Shown here: piece after piece, positions 37,542-47,559 of the stretch | Layout of the letters: each line of letters opens with the position of its first letter | Position numbering within the stretch: position 1 is the first letter of the stretch | Virus record (IMG/VR): IMGVR_UViG_3300021962_000066 | Coordinates: 19,784 to 83,783 of that record | Direction: 5' to 3' (one strand) | Length of the DNA stretch: 64,000 nucleotides | Source of the DNA: a virus | Notes under the pieces: model-generated | Told to the model about the DNA's origin: nothing | Databases searched by the model: none | What the model saw: the letters and a program-made list of their open reading frames with translations, nothing else | Translations under genes and position numbers: made by a program

Positions 37542-38449
37542 AATATTCCTCTAATATCGAGGTTTTTGCTGAGAGGAGCTAGTATACTTGGTAGGGTGCC
37601 TTTAGAAATTCTATCTATTATGCTTACTAGAGGAAAGTAGAAATTTGTTTCTAATGTATAGTGTGAGTATACCCACTTAGTAGACATTAATCCGCGCCCC
37701 TCAGTTAATGATGATGCATCATCATACCCCATACTACGACTACCTATCTCAATCGGGCAGCAATTATAAAATCTCCATATCTTTCGAGGTATCATTGCAA
37801 TGCCTCGAAAGGTACGAGTAAATTGTAAGATAGTTACGTTCGCTTTTACATTCTTAATTGATTCACTACGGTTAGCAGGATCCCGTGCAACAAACCCAAA
37901 ATGTGATGCTGCTATTACCCACGGTCTAAGTACAAAATCGGTAAAGGAGGTATTAGTTTCTAGAAACTGCATGGTGAGCTGATTAGGGTATACTCGATCA
38001 CCTGCTATCGGAGCAGGAGTATAGCCTGCATGGTTTTGTATGTTAACCGAACCAACAGTTAAGCTATCAGTCGGTATATCTACCCCCTGCGCGAAGATGC
38101 ATCCTGTTATGTTTTGAAGGGGGTATGATGTTAGGATACTCACCGCGCGGTTAATATCAAATCCCTTCTTATCGCCGTCAACTCGCTCTAGACCCTGTAA
38201 AATAGCTGTATTAATACATTTTGGATACTTATCTATTATTACTATCCACTGCGTATTAATAGGAATAGAAGTATTCCAAGACTCCATTTGCGTTAGAAAG
38301 TAATCTCGTGCACTTACGATAGGTACACCGGGGAGATTGAAGCCGAATAAATTAGCAAGCTGCGGCGCAAATAGAGGATTTTCGCCGCCTGCAATCTTAC
38401 TTATATTTTGTCCGATCGACCTAATCGCACTAGTAAACGGGTCGTTCAT
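37538..38449 (-). CDS. Tail-tube-fold paralog (gp19/gp54-like)
   Basis: LTMQFLETN..LRPW..WRFYNCCPIEIG; adjacent to the tube gene. Confidence 0.65.
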   Translation of the reverse strand: MNDPFTSAIRSIGQNISKIAGGENPLFAPQLANLFGFNLPGVPIVSARDYFLTQMESWNTSIPINTQWIVIIDKYPKCINTAILQGLERVDGDKKGFDINRAVSILTSYPLQNITGCIFAQGVDIPTDSLTVGSVNIQNHAGYTPAPIAGDRVYPNQLTMQFLETNTSFTDFVLRPWVIAASHFGFVARDPANRSESIKNVKANVTILQFTRTFRGIAMIPRKIWRFYNCCPIEIGSRSMGYDDASSLTEGRGLMSTKWVYSHYTLETNFYFPLVSIIDRISKGTLPSILAPLSKNLDIRGIF

Positions 38450-38464
38450 TATACCATTACTTAT

Positions 38465-38499
38465 AAAAATAGCCTGCTATTTGCATAGCAGGCTATTTT
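38465..38499. terminator. Intrinsic terminator after the tail tube gene (bidirectional form)
   Basis: AAAATAGCCTGCTAT-TTGC-ATAGCAGGCTATTTT perfect hairpin. Confidence 0.88.
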
Positions 38500-38515
38500 G
38501 TGTATAGTTTTAATA

Positions 38516-39058
38516 CTAGCTGCGTGTCCAGTAATGGTAAGATACTGTTGCATCAAACTCTATCGCACTACCCCCACCGGTCATATCGTAACCAAGGGCG
38601 CCACAGGTAATAATACTAACACCAACTAATTTATATTGTGCGATTTTCGTAAGCTGATTGTCTAGCTGAACCATGTTAATAGTTGACGTTGCGCGCGGAG
38701 TAAAGTAATTACCGGTGCTGTTTGCATCATCAAAAACGTCACGCGACCACTGCTCGAACTTCTGCCGAATCTTGGACTGAGCATCAGCATAGAATTTAAG
38801 AGAATACGCCGCACTACCCGGGTAAGTAGCACCACCTGGTACGTTAAACGTTAATCCCATGTACGGTATTGGTACGTTTGTAATGTCACGCGCAGGTAAA
38901 GTAGCTGACTTTAGATATACTAAATCATCCTCATCATATGTTGCAGAAGTTGCGCCGCCTGTGTCGATTGAGAGTAGTCTAAAGTTAAAATCACGCGCAA
39001 AGTCGCGATTCTGCGCTACTCGGTAGAAATCTGTGATTGATTGTTTTACGTCAGCCAT
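38516..39058 (-). CDS. gp19: Tail tube protein
   Basis: KSATLP..PYMG..PG..IRQKFEQW..QLD..FDATVSYHYW; follows the sheath gene. Confidence 0.88.
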   Translation of the reverse strand: MADVKQSITDFYRVAQNRDFARDFNFRLLSIDTGGATSATYDEDDLVYLKSATLPARDITNVPIPYMGLTFNVPGGATYPGSAAYSLKFYADAQSKIRQKFEQWSRDVFDDANSTGNYFTPRATSTINMVQLDNQLTKIAQYKLVGVSIITCGALGYDMTGGGSAIEFDATVSYHYWTRS

Positions 39059-39063
39059 GTAAT

Positions 39064-39071
39064 TATTTATA
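39064..39071 (-). promoter_or_regulatory. T4-type late promoter TATAAATA
   Basis: Exact TATAAATA 5 nt before the tube ATG. Confidence 0.8.
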
Positions 39072-39129
39072 GCTAGCAGCTAATCTTCTTAGGAATTAGA
39101 TTGCAGATTTTTATATTAAAATAGAATAA

Positions 39130-41472
39130 CTAACCAACTATCTCTTGAAAGTCAACGCTGGTTCTAGTTGCATAGAAGTTACAGAGAATAAACTCTGCAG
39201 TTCTAACCGGCTTAAGGTAAATATCGACTACCAATTCATTAGCGTCGATTATATCAGGGGTATTATTTCTCTCATCGCAGATGATCAAGTAATCATAAAC
39301 GCCTTCGGTATTCTTAGCATTTTCGAAGATTGGTGTTAAAGTATTAATAACCCGAGTCCTGGTAAGTAGGGTGTTTGGTTCAAATACGAAGAATTTGAGA
39401 GTTTCTTTCGTGACCTTTTCTAGTGCAATAAACAATCTACGAACATTAATTCTATCGAACGCAGACGGCTTCTTGAGTAGTGTCTTTTGACCGTATATAA
39501 CGAATCCTTCGTTCGGAAAGAATGCAACCGGGTTAAAGGAACTCTTGTATAAAGTATCACGATCCTTCTGTCTCGGGTATATCGCAATATCGAGTGCATT
39601 ACCTACAATCCCTCGGGTAAACCCGGCAGGAGCATACCACGGTTGGAAGTTGGCGTCCGTATTTGCCATAATACTCGCAGCATAACCAGAGAACGGCACC
39701 CACGTAAACATACCGGACGACGGGTCGCTTACCTTTACACAGGTTGCATATGTAGTAATATAGCTCGTATTATATGAAGCATATAGATTCCTGAGCGGAT
39801 AGTAGATATCCTTACTAATAGTTGCACTTTCCTTATTAATATTTTTAAATGTGCCGCCTTGTATAAAGATGTTAATAATAGGATCTGCGATTATAATAAA
39901 ATCTTTTCTAGAAACATCGTCTACTAGTGCCTGGAATGTATTGAGCACAGCCCTATAGTTACTAGTACTGGGATCAGTACTATCAGGCTGACTTTGTTTA
40001 TATAACTTAGTAGCTGCACCAGTTGAGGAAGCTGCGGAGCCTATATCGAAATATGTAAAGTCATCAAACGACCCGTCGTTAGCACAGGCCGCGGCAAATA
40101 TAGTACCAAGACCAGCCTCGACAGCTATATCAAACGGAAATACATCTGAATTCTTAAAAGTATCGAAAATTTTAGTTAACTTAGTAGGAACATTACCAAT
40201 TATTTTAACGCTGAGATCGACCGGATTATATACGCCAGCCGGGTATAGGGCATCGGCTGGGCCAATTGCTGCGACTGCGTCTTGAATACTAGCGGTACCG
40301 GATAACCCAATAAAATCGCATCTATTTTGCGCGTTAGCCGCACTAGTAAACTGATTTATAGTATCTAGATTAGGACTATCGGTCAACCCGGGGCTAGCTA
40401 TTCTTATCTTGACAGTTGGTAAACCGTTGTTACCGAGATACGTATTCCCTTGAATTATTCTACTGAGATACGGATTCGTCTTAACAATTATATTAGGAGA
40501 CTTTGATGCGATAGTATCTATAAAGTAGCTCGTAGCAGGTCCTCCTTGATCGCTGTTTTGCTGCCTATGAGAATCAAGGGAACCTTGATATACTTCGTTT
40601 AAGTTTACACTTAATTGAATACTATTCTTACTGAAAACAGATTGGCTCAGTTTAAATACACAAATTGATAATATATCATCATACGATCTATCCTGAGTCA
40701 GATCAAACGACGATGCTCCGGATTCGATTATCTGTGATACACTGCCTTCTTCCGTATCACCACCAGTTAGCGCGGACCCGATTCGGTCGGTGCTTAAAAT
40801 TTCAAAACTATCTTCACTAGATAGAGTATATATTCTACGAATTGATTTATTCTCGAGCCCCGGAGATAAGGTTGTATTATCTACAATACCGATGTAGTAC
40901 CCCTCCTTTTGAGAGCTTACATCTGATTGAGACTGATTTGCAATTATTAGTGCAGCATGCTTTAGAGAGGAGATGTTACTGTTTAACGTGCTTTGACCGC
41001 ATGCTGTACTGTAGGCAAATAGACTGCCCTGTAACCAGCTGTCATACTGTGGCCGAGTTAGAGTATAATGCGTAGGTGCACCGAGCATATAAACACCGCT
41101 TGTTTGAATATAGTGCTGTGCTGTTAAGGCCGCGACGCCACCGGTACAATCACCAGCAGACAGATATATTGCAGGAAAACCTAAGACGCTATAATTATCG
41201 ACAGCAGTACCATAAGGTAGTCTAGTAACTAATACATCTGCAGGACTCTGAAGAGCTGCATAGACAGTGTGATAGAAATATCTTTCTGCACCGTTTGTCG
41301 GCTTACCGTAAATTTGTTCAAATTCAGATATGCTGGCGATCTTAATAGCGTCATCTGTCGGTCCCTTCTGAGCAAAACCAGGAATGAAGATAGTAGTCGC
41401 AGCAGATCGTATTGGACGTAACGAAAGATCAACTTCGTTAATCGATACCCCAGGAGATTCAAGTCGTGCCAT
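39130..41472 (-). CDS. gp18: Tail sheath protein
   Basis: SPGVSINEVDLS, GFAQKGP, PWYAPAGFTRG, YGQKTL, FDRINVRRLF, FVFEPN, CDERNN, KPVRTAEFI. Confidence 0.96.
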   Translation of the reverse strand: MARLESPGVSINEVDLSLRPIRSAATTIFIPGFAQKGPTDDAIKIASISEFEQIYGKPTNGAERYFYHTVYAALQSPADVLVTRLPYGTAVDNYSVLGFPAIYLSAGDCTGGVAALTAQHYIQTSGVYMLGAPTHYTLTRPQYDSWLQGSLFAYSTACGQSTLNSNISSLKHAALIIANQSQSDVSSQKEGYYIGIVDNTTLSPGLENKSIRRIYTLSSEDSFEILSTDRIGSALTGGDTEEGSVSQIIESGASSFDLTQDRSYDDILSICVFKLSQSVFSKNSIQLSVNLNEVYQGSLDSHRQQNSDQGGPATSYFIDTIASKSPNIIVKTNPYLSRIIQGNTYLGNNGLPTVKIRIASPGLTDSPNLDTINQFTSAANAQNRCDFIGLSGTASIQDAVAAIGPADALYPAGVYNPVDLSVKIIGNVPTKLTKIFDTFKNSDVFPFDIAVEAGLGTIFAAACANDGSFDDFTYFDIGSAASSTGAATKLYKQSQPDSTDPSTSNYRAVLNTFQALVDDVSRKDFIIIADPIINIFIQGGTFKNINKESATISKDIYYPLRNLYASYNTSYITTYATCVKVSDPSSGMFTWVPFSGYAASIMANTDANFQPWYAPAGFTRGIVGNALDIAIYPRQKDRDTLYKSSFNPVAFFPNEGFVIYGQKTLLKKPSAFDRINVRRLFIALEKVTKETLKFFVFEPNTLLTRTRVINTLTPIFENAKNTEGVYDYLIICDERNNTPDIIDANELVVDIYLKPVRTAEFILCNFYATRTSVDFQEIVG

Positions 41473-41479
41473 ATATAAT

Positions 41480-41487
41480 TATTTATA
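41480..41487 (-). promoter_or_regulatory. T4-type late promoter TATAAATA
   Basis: Exact TATAAATA 7 nt before the sheath ATG. Confidence 0.8.
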
Positions 41488-41521
41488 GTTGCAAAAAATA
41501 TTTTTCATCATTATTCACTTA

Positions 41522-42163
41522 TTATATAGAATCAACTTGCTCTATTAAAGAAACAGCAAATTGACTATATTCAAATTCCGCTGTTATATCGATTTCGCTG
41601 CCATCTCTATAAGATAGATCAATTCCTCCTAAAGTACTCGGGAAAGCCCCAGTATAAACGAACTCTGCTACCCTTTTTTCGTATTCGTCTAAAGCGAATA
41701 TTGATATATCAGTCGAGTAGTATTGCAGTTGCTTACTATATGTACCTACATGAACATCGGCACCATTTACCAATTTACTCGGCAAATTAGTTACATCGAC
41801 AATATCATTGCTGTCGTATATTGATTTTTTATCGTCGTTTAATATATCTAACCACTTATATATGAACCAGTAATTATTAAATCTGTTATCAACTGTAAAG
41901 TTAACAGTTAAGGTCGGATACGTTAAACGACTATGGCTTGAAACTTTTACGGATTGTCCTGCATATTTATTATCAATAGAGGGGACTTTAATAGCCGGGG
42001 CTATCACCCCATACACCGACATGGTAAATGTATCAGGGTCTGCATATAAATCATTATGTGCAAATTTACGAATCATTCCTTTAAGCCCTTTAGGGACTGG
42101 TATGACCATTATAAACTTATCCTTACGTACTTTATTGAACGGCGATTGAATATAATCACTCAT
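41522..42163 (-). CDS. gp3: Tail tube terminator/completion protein (gp3-like)
   Basis: LTVNFTVDNRFNNYWFIYKWL, AFPSTLGGI, AEFEY. Confidence 0.75.
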   Translation of the reverse strand: MSDYIQSPFNKVRKDKFIMVIPVPKGLKGMIRKFAHNDLYADPDTFTMSVYGVIAPAIKVPSIDNKYAGQSVKVSSHSRLTYPTLTVNFTVDNRFNNYWFIYKWLDILNDDKKSIYDSNDIVDVTNLPSKLVNGADVHVGTYSKQLQYYSTDISIFALDEYEKRVAEFVYTGAFPSTLGGIDLSYRDGSEIDITAEFEYSQFAVSLIEQVDSI

Positions 42164-44969
42164 AGCGACTATTAGTATTTAATGTTCTCCATCCCGAATC
42201 ATGGGGCTCATCGGGCATTCTCCAACCATCACTGCGTAATTGTTCTATATCTACATCGTATGGTGAGGTATAATTATCACCACTTATGAGTATAGGTAGA
42301 TCCAACTCCGTTTTCGTTTTCAAATTTATTAATGTTTGCGTAGGATCTATAAACTCTCTTATACCGTAATCAAACCGCTTTATTAATAGTGGTCGTTCGT
42401 TTGCATCTTTATCTATTATTTCGAAGTACTTGTCGGCTAATTCATTTTCTAAAATTATGAGTGCCCATATTAAACTCATCACTCTATCATCCCAGCTATC
42501 AGAACCTGCAGCAGCACCCCACGTACCATTAGCACTTCTTACAAAGTTTCTAAGTTCTGTAAGCGTACGAATATCTCGTATCTTAACGGCCCTAAGTTCG
42601 TTTAAATAATATCTCATATTCATAACACCCTTATATTTGGTGTTAGTATGAGCTAATATACCTAGACGGGCATAGACGTTACTCCCAATCTTTGGTCCGT
42701 ATGATACTATGTTTTGATAACTGTGTTGAGCTCTCAGTTGATCTACTACCTGCGAACCGCAGTTGTTTCTCTCTATGCACGCAGGTGGGTTGCCCCAGTT
42801 TTGAAACACCTCTAAACACTTGGCTATAAATTGTATAGGATTAATAGTGTTGTTGTGATATACAGCAACTTGCTCGATATTTTTAAGATCTGTTATATCG
42901 AAAATTTGAATAACTGACGCAGCTTGACCTACGCCTTCGCTTACATCTACTCCTGCAACATAGATTTTATCCTGAGACGGCGGCTCCCACACCAGATAAT
43001 GACCATCATCAAATATAAACGCAGGCTCTTTAATATCCTCTTTAAGCTTCTCGAAAAGTGATTCATCAACTACGCTCTCACCTGTTTTTAGAAATACATT
43101 ACAAAACTCTTGCGAAAATGCTTCTGAACTTCCTAGAGATTTTATAGTATTGGCCTTCCAATCCTCATCTCTACCCGGGACTTCCCACCAATCGACGCGC
43201 TCACCGGTCCAGCCGTTATTATTTTTTTCAGCGCCTTTATATAAATCATAAAATAAATTGTCTGATCCGTTCGGTGTTGATGCTATAAAGATCTTCGACT
43301 TCTGTGAAGACGAAATAATGGGGTATACGGATCGCCAAAACTCAGTTACCATGTGGTTATCGATAAAAGCAAGCTCGTCCAAAATCAAAACATTACACGA
43401 ATCACCACGGCCAGCGTCACTTGATGTAGTTGAGATACCTATACTAGAGCCGTTAGCAAGAGTCATGGAAGTCTTGCCATATTCAATAACACCCGGTTTT
43501 AGGTAGTTAGGTAACTGTTCATACGCCATTCGAATACGCTTAAAGATATTAATTGCAGTTAGCTCTTTATTAGCAACAACAAGAATACGCTGATCTTCCT
43601 GGAAGCATGCTATCCATAAAGCGTATATCGTCATAATTGTAGTATTGTGGGTCGGAATGTATTGATTTCCACATAGATACAGATTACCCGGGCTATCGAC
43701 AGTTATACACCTTACAGGTACGGACTCTACTTTCTTAACGCTTTTAATATAATGCCATTGCGACCTGAGACTGGTGTCATTGATAAATTCTCTGCACTTA
43801 ATTCTGTTCCGCTTGAACGCAAGCTTGCATACATACTCAATCGGCTTGAAGCATAATACACCTGACTCCTTGCATTCAACACCATTGAGTTTAGGAATAT
43901 AGGTTTTATATGTGACCTTATAACCGAGACTCTCTACTAGTTTTTTTGTTTGTAAAACAAGACCTTGATTAGTGTTATAGAAATTCGCATTACCTCTATC
44001 ATCGATATAACCGTCACTATCGATTAATCCTCTGAGTAATTCTAGTCTCTGCTCCCTACTAGCTAATAGGTACTCAGGTGGTATGTGTTTATTACCTAAT
44101 AGGTTAGTACTACGCAGTAGGGTGTTAAGACTATTAGATTTAACCTTTTCTTTTACAGTAATCCTCAAGCTATATACCCCGTCCTTATATTCATGTAGGA
44201 CGAGCTTATCAAACTGCTTACATTGTGTCTTTAGAATATCAATTAAATCATTAACATCTCGCTTACCGACAGTAATCGTTGAAGTATCAGCACAACCATC
44301 TCCTAGCCACATACCTAAGACATACGGATCTATAGGTAAATCTCTATGTTCGCCTGTGACTCCTGATATAACAGTCGGTATCCTATGATTAGGCTCCTCT
44401 CTCTTACCTCCAGCGTTCAGGGTGTCCTTAATTTCGACGGTGCTCCGAACTGAGCCGTCACTACCTGCAATGCGGTCACGTCTTGTTTGTGTAAACCATA
44501 AATGCTCACCGTCAGCCACGATCTTCTCACCGTTATCGAATTCGACTTCATAGCAGTCCCGGTTATGCATTATGTCATGTACCTGGACGACAGCGCAAGG
44601 TCGCCCGTGCATGTCATAAACAATATCACCGTCTTTGAGATCACCCATCGTTCTCCAGCCGGTTGGAGAAGGTATAGGTGTATCGAGCGCTAGAGCTTTA
44701 CCGCTCTGTCTACTCGACAACATAATAACAAACCTATTATCTCTTAAAGTTTTTAGTATTCTTTTTTGATATTTGTGTAACTCAATTAACATCTTACCCT
44801 TATCGAGATTGATAATAAAGAAGAAATTCTCTGCAAAATATAGGATATTGCTCCTACATTTGTTAAGATTCTGTATCCAGTTAGGGTTATCGCTATAATC
44901 GAATTCCGCGTGCTGAGTAGGTAGGTTTTTATTTCCGAGATAAAACTCTTTTTTTACTTCACGTGGCAT
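42156..44969 (-). CDS. gp17: Large terminase subunit with intein
   Basis: YQ adenine motif, Walker A SRQSGK/TT split by the intein, ILDELAF, ASTPNG, WWEVPGRD, nuclease GVDVSEG, IERNN, DDRVM. Confidence 0.95.
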   Translation of the reverse strand: MPREVKKEFYLGNKNLPTQHAEFDYSDNPNWIQNLNKCRSNILYFAENFFFIINLDKGKMLIELHKYQKRILKTLRDNRFVIMLSSRQSGKALALDTPIPSPTGWRTMGDLKDGDIVYDMHGRPCAVVQVHDIMHNRDCYEVEFDNGEKIVADGEHLWFTQTRRDRIAGSDGSVRSTVEIKDTLNAGGKREEPNHRIPTVISGVTGEHRDLPIDPYVLGMWLGDGCADTSTITVGKRDVNDLIDILKTQCKQFDKLVLHEYKDGVYSLRITVKEKVKSNSLNTLLRSTNLLGNKHIPPEYLLASREQRLELLRGLIDSDGYIDDRGNANFYNTNQGLVLQTKKLVESLGYKVTYKTYIPKLNGVECKESGVLCFKPIEYVCKLAFKRNRIKCREFINDTSLRSQWHYIKSVKKVESVPVRCITVDSPGNLYLCGNQYIPTHNTTIMTIYALWIACFQEDQRILVVANKELTAINIFKRIRMAYEQLPNYLKPGVIEYGKTSMTLANGSSIGISTTSSDAGRGDSCNVLILDELAFIDNHMVTEFWRSVYPIISSSQKSKIFIASTPNGSDNLFYDLYKGAEKNNNGWTGERVDWWEVPGRDEDWKANTIKSLGSSEAFSQEFCNVFLKTGESVVDESLFEKLKEDIKEPAFIFDDGHYLVWEPPSQDKIYVAGVDVSEGVGQAASVIQIFDITDLKNIEQVAVYHNNTINPIQFIAKCLEVFQNWGNPPACIERNNCGSQVVDQLRAQHSYQNIVSYGPKIGSNVYARLGILAHTNTKYKGVMNMRYYLNELRAVKIRDIRTLTELRNFVRSANGTWGAAAGSDSWDDRVMSLIWALIILENELADKYFEIIDKDANERPLLIKRFDYGIREFIDPTQTLINLKTKTELDLPILISGDNYTSPYDVDIEQLRSDGWRMPDEPHDSGWRTLNTNSRYE
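43644..44696 (-). mobile_element. Class 3 intein (351 aa) with LAGLIDADG homing endonuclease
   Basis: Starts at Ala (ALALDTPIP), ends THN|T; WCT signature (HLW, VRCITV, THN); LAGLIDADG blocks LGMWLGDG and LRGLIDSDG. Confidence 0.93.
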
Positions 44970-44987
44970 ATAAGTATATTTACGTAC

Positions 44988-45878
44988 ATGAATAGTAAAA
45001 ACGACCTCACACTTATCAGTAATCTATACAGCGCTACTCTAAACGAGGCCGCGAAGCATAGTATTCCAAAGGATACCTTTAAGATTGCAACCGATAAAAA
45101 CCCCAAGATAGCCAAGGCTTTCGATAAAGCATTCGTTAAAGGTACTGGCCCCGAAAATGCAAGCGGCGTCGACAAAAACATTATAGACCCAAAAACTATG
45201 TCAAAGGGTAAGATGAAAAAAAATTTACAAGAACCTGCAAGATTCTCGCAAAAAAATGAATCAAAGGAAATAAATACTTACATGAGCAAGAAATTTGATG
45301 ATTTATTTAAAGATGTAATCAACGACAAGCTACGCCTCGAAGATCACGATATTGAAGCTGTTGAAGATATTGCCGCCATGCCTGAGGTGGACGGCGCTGG
45401 TGTCGATGATATCGATGCTGATGCAGATGCTGATTTTAAATCCGATATGTCTCCTAACGACATGCTTGACCAAATTCAGGATCTTCTCGACGATCTACGC
45501 GCCAAAATCGGCGACGAAGAGGGTATCGAAGATAAAAATGAAGGAGGCTTTGAAGATGACGACGCCAGTCTCGAAGAAGGCGAAGAAGACTACGCTAGTG
45601 CCGAAGAAGGCGAAGAAGGTGGTTGCGCGACGACCGCCGCTGCAATGAAGGAAGAGATCGAGATGAAAGAGGTTAAAAATTCTGAAGGCGAGAAACTCCA
45701 GCATAAGAATAACAAGGTAGGCGGTGTAGCCGGTAAGGTCGCCGGCGGTAAGGCTCAGAACGTTAGTGACTATAAAGTAGGTTATAACCAGGGCGAAGCT
45801 AAGGAGTCGGATCTACATGACCCTAAGAAGCGAGTAGTTCAGTCTACAGTTAAAGCCGGCAGACAGATCGGACACTAA
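44988..45878 (+). CDS. Acidic late protein, possible prohead core/internal protein
   Basis: Asp/Glu-rich centre; TAAGTA upstream; terminator downstream. Confidence 0.6.
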   Translation: MNSKNDLTLISNLYSATLNEAAKHSIPKDTFKIATDKNPKIAKAFDKAFVKGTGPENASGVDKNIIDPKTMSKGKMKKNLQEPARFSQKNESKEINTYMSKKFDDLFKDVINDKLRLEDHDIEAVEDIAAMPEVDGAGVDDIDADADADFKSDMSPNDMLDQIQDLLDDLRAKIGDEEGIEDKNEGGFEDDDASLEEGEEDYASAEEGEEGGCATTAAAMKEEIEMKEVKNSEGEKLQHKNNKVGGVAGKVAGGKAQNVSDYKVGYNQGEAKESDLHDPKKRVVQSTVKAGRQIGH

Positions 45879-45903
45879 TTCAATAGTAGTGCGATGCAGT
45901 TTT

Positions 45904-45939
45904 AAAGCCCCTTGTTGTTAAACCAGCAAGGGGCTTTTT
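45904..45939 (+). terminator. Intrinsic terminator
   Basis: AAAGCCCCTTG...CAAGGGGCTTT followed by T run. Confidence 0.88.
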
Positions 45940-45952
45940 ATTAAATATTTGT

Positions 45953-46270
45953 ATGCAGAGTTTTAATGATTTTTTTAAAGCAGGTAAAACCCCTACTTCA
46001 AAGCCGAGACATATGAAAGCTTTTGATTATCAGCCTATAAATAGAAAATCTACTGACTTTGTACCGAAGTCACATCAAGTTAAGCATGATAATGTTAAGT
46101 ATCTGAATGTTAAGGATGGTAGATCAAGGTTTGAAATTTTGCTGCCTAAGGATATGAGCGAATTAAGGAAAAAATTTGGATTTAAGTCGCATATCGACAA
46201 GATCGTAAAATTAGGCAATACGGGGTTAAGACTACAAAGAAGAGGCAACCGTTTTATACTATTTAGATAA
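45953..46270 (+). CDS. Small basic late protein
   Basis: 105 aa; MQSFNDFF start; TAAATA 5 nt upstream. Confidence 0.6.
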   Translation: MQSFNDFFKAGKTPTSKPRHMKAFDYQPINRKSTDFVPKSHQVKHDNVKYLNVKDGRSRFEILLPKDMSELRKKFGFKSHIDKIVKLGNTGLRLQRRGNRFILFR

Positions 46271-46995
46271 TGTCTAATAATTATTATAAAGGCTCAACCG
46301 AGCTAAAGTATTACCCGATATCTAACCCGGTAAATAGTTGCTTTAGATTCACAGACAAGCAATCGATTGATTGTGATATCAGTCTGTTTAATAATTATTG
46401 GAGAGAGCATATTCAACTATACGGCCAGCAGGTTAACTACTATGTTAGTACGTTTAACTTAGCTTCTGCAGATGCCCTTTACGGTGAACAGCCTGCCAGT
46501 ATATACCAGGCACCATCATCGATTATCTTCGGCATTAATCTTAATGAAAATGCATTATTGTTAAGTAAATACGGTCTTGTAAGTGATGACGAGATAACCG
46601 CATTTGTTCATATGGAGTCTTATCGCGAGATATTTGGTGCTAATGCTGAACCTAAATCAGGAGATATTTTTAGTTTATATGAATATGGCGACGATAGACC
46701 CGGCGATAGAGGGCCAAATTTCTACGAAGTTACCCAACGGCAGGATCAAGATATTGCACAGATTAACCCGCTCGCGGGTCATTACGTATGGTTATTAAAA
46801 GGTAAGAGATATGAATATAGTTTTGAGCTGGGACTAAGTGGCGAGACAGGTAACGATCAAGTATTTGATGATACAGTTGCACCAGGAGTATCTGGTGCTG
46901 AGAAACCATACGCCTATGATGTTAATACAGAAGGTCAAGCTATATTCAACTACAGCCAATCTCCAGGATTCGACAGCGTGTATGGCGGTTACTGA
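46270..46995 (+). CDS. gp14: Neck/head-closure protein (gp14-like)
   Basis: LYGQQVNYY, DALYGE, SKYGL..DEIT, PKSGDI, FYEVT. Confidence 0.72.
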   Translation: MSNNYYKGSTELKYYPISNPVNSCFRFTDKQSIDCDISLFNNYWREHIQLYGQQVNYYVSTFNLASADALYGEQPASIYQAPSSIIFGINLNENALLLSKYGLVSDDEITAFVHMESYREIFGANAEPKSGDIFSLYEYGDDRPGDRGPNFYEVTQRQDQDIAQINPLAGHYVWLLKGKRYEYSFELGLSGETGNDQVFDDTVAPGVSGAEKPYAYDVNTEGQAIFNYSQSPGFDSVYGGY

Positions 46996-47249
46996 TCGAA
47001 CTGTATTTTATTACCTAATATAAAGTTCGCGCGCGCAGATGGAAATACTTCATCGATATATCGTTTAATATTGCTTGATTTTCTCGATACGTATTTATCT
47101 GCGTCTACATTAAGCGATAACGCCTTATTAGATATAACGTTAACAGCATCACACAGGCACAGCCATCTTATATATTCATCAACACCCCTGTCTATCTGCT
47201 GACTTTGAGTACTAGGTTGTAATATATTCTTTTGAGAGATTATCGACAT
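46989..47249 (-). CDS. Hypothetical protein
   Basis: Compact ORF; IKRYIDE motif. Confidence 0.5.
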   Translation of the reverse strand: MSIISQKNILQPSTQSQQIDRGVDEYIRWLCLCDAVNVISNKALSLNVDADKYVSRKSSNIKRYIDEVFPSARANFILGNKIQFDQ

Positions 47250-47559
47250 ATCCAATTAGAAAAAATACGAAATCGTTATTATTACTGTGCTGACTTCCGG
47301 TGGAAAGACACGAACATACATTATCAAATAAATTTGTAACAAGTTGAAGTTTCTGTAACTCAAATGATCGGATCTCTTCGGATACATTAGCGGTACGTAT
47401 TTGTTGAGAAGCAAATACATTATAACTCTTCATTATAGATCGAAGTACTTCCTCGTTATTTGTATGCTTACCCCGAGCAAAGGTACTCCCTAAAAACCAA
47501 GCATTATATTGCTCTTTCGAAGCATATCGCTTAAAGTAAGTTTCAATTTGATCGTTCAT
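47212..47559 (-). CDS. Hypothetical protein
   Basis: 115-aa ORF in an operon-like run. Confidence 0.55.
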   Translation of the reverse strand: MNDQIETYFKRYASKEQYNAWFLGSTFARGKHTNNEEVLRSIMKSYNVFASQQIRTANVSEEIRSFELQKLQLVTNLFDNVCSCLSTGSQHSNNNDFVFFLIGYVDNLSKEYITT

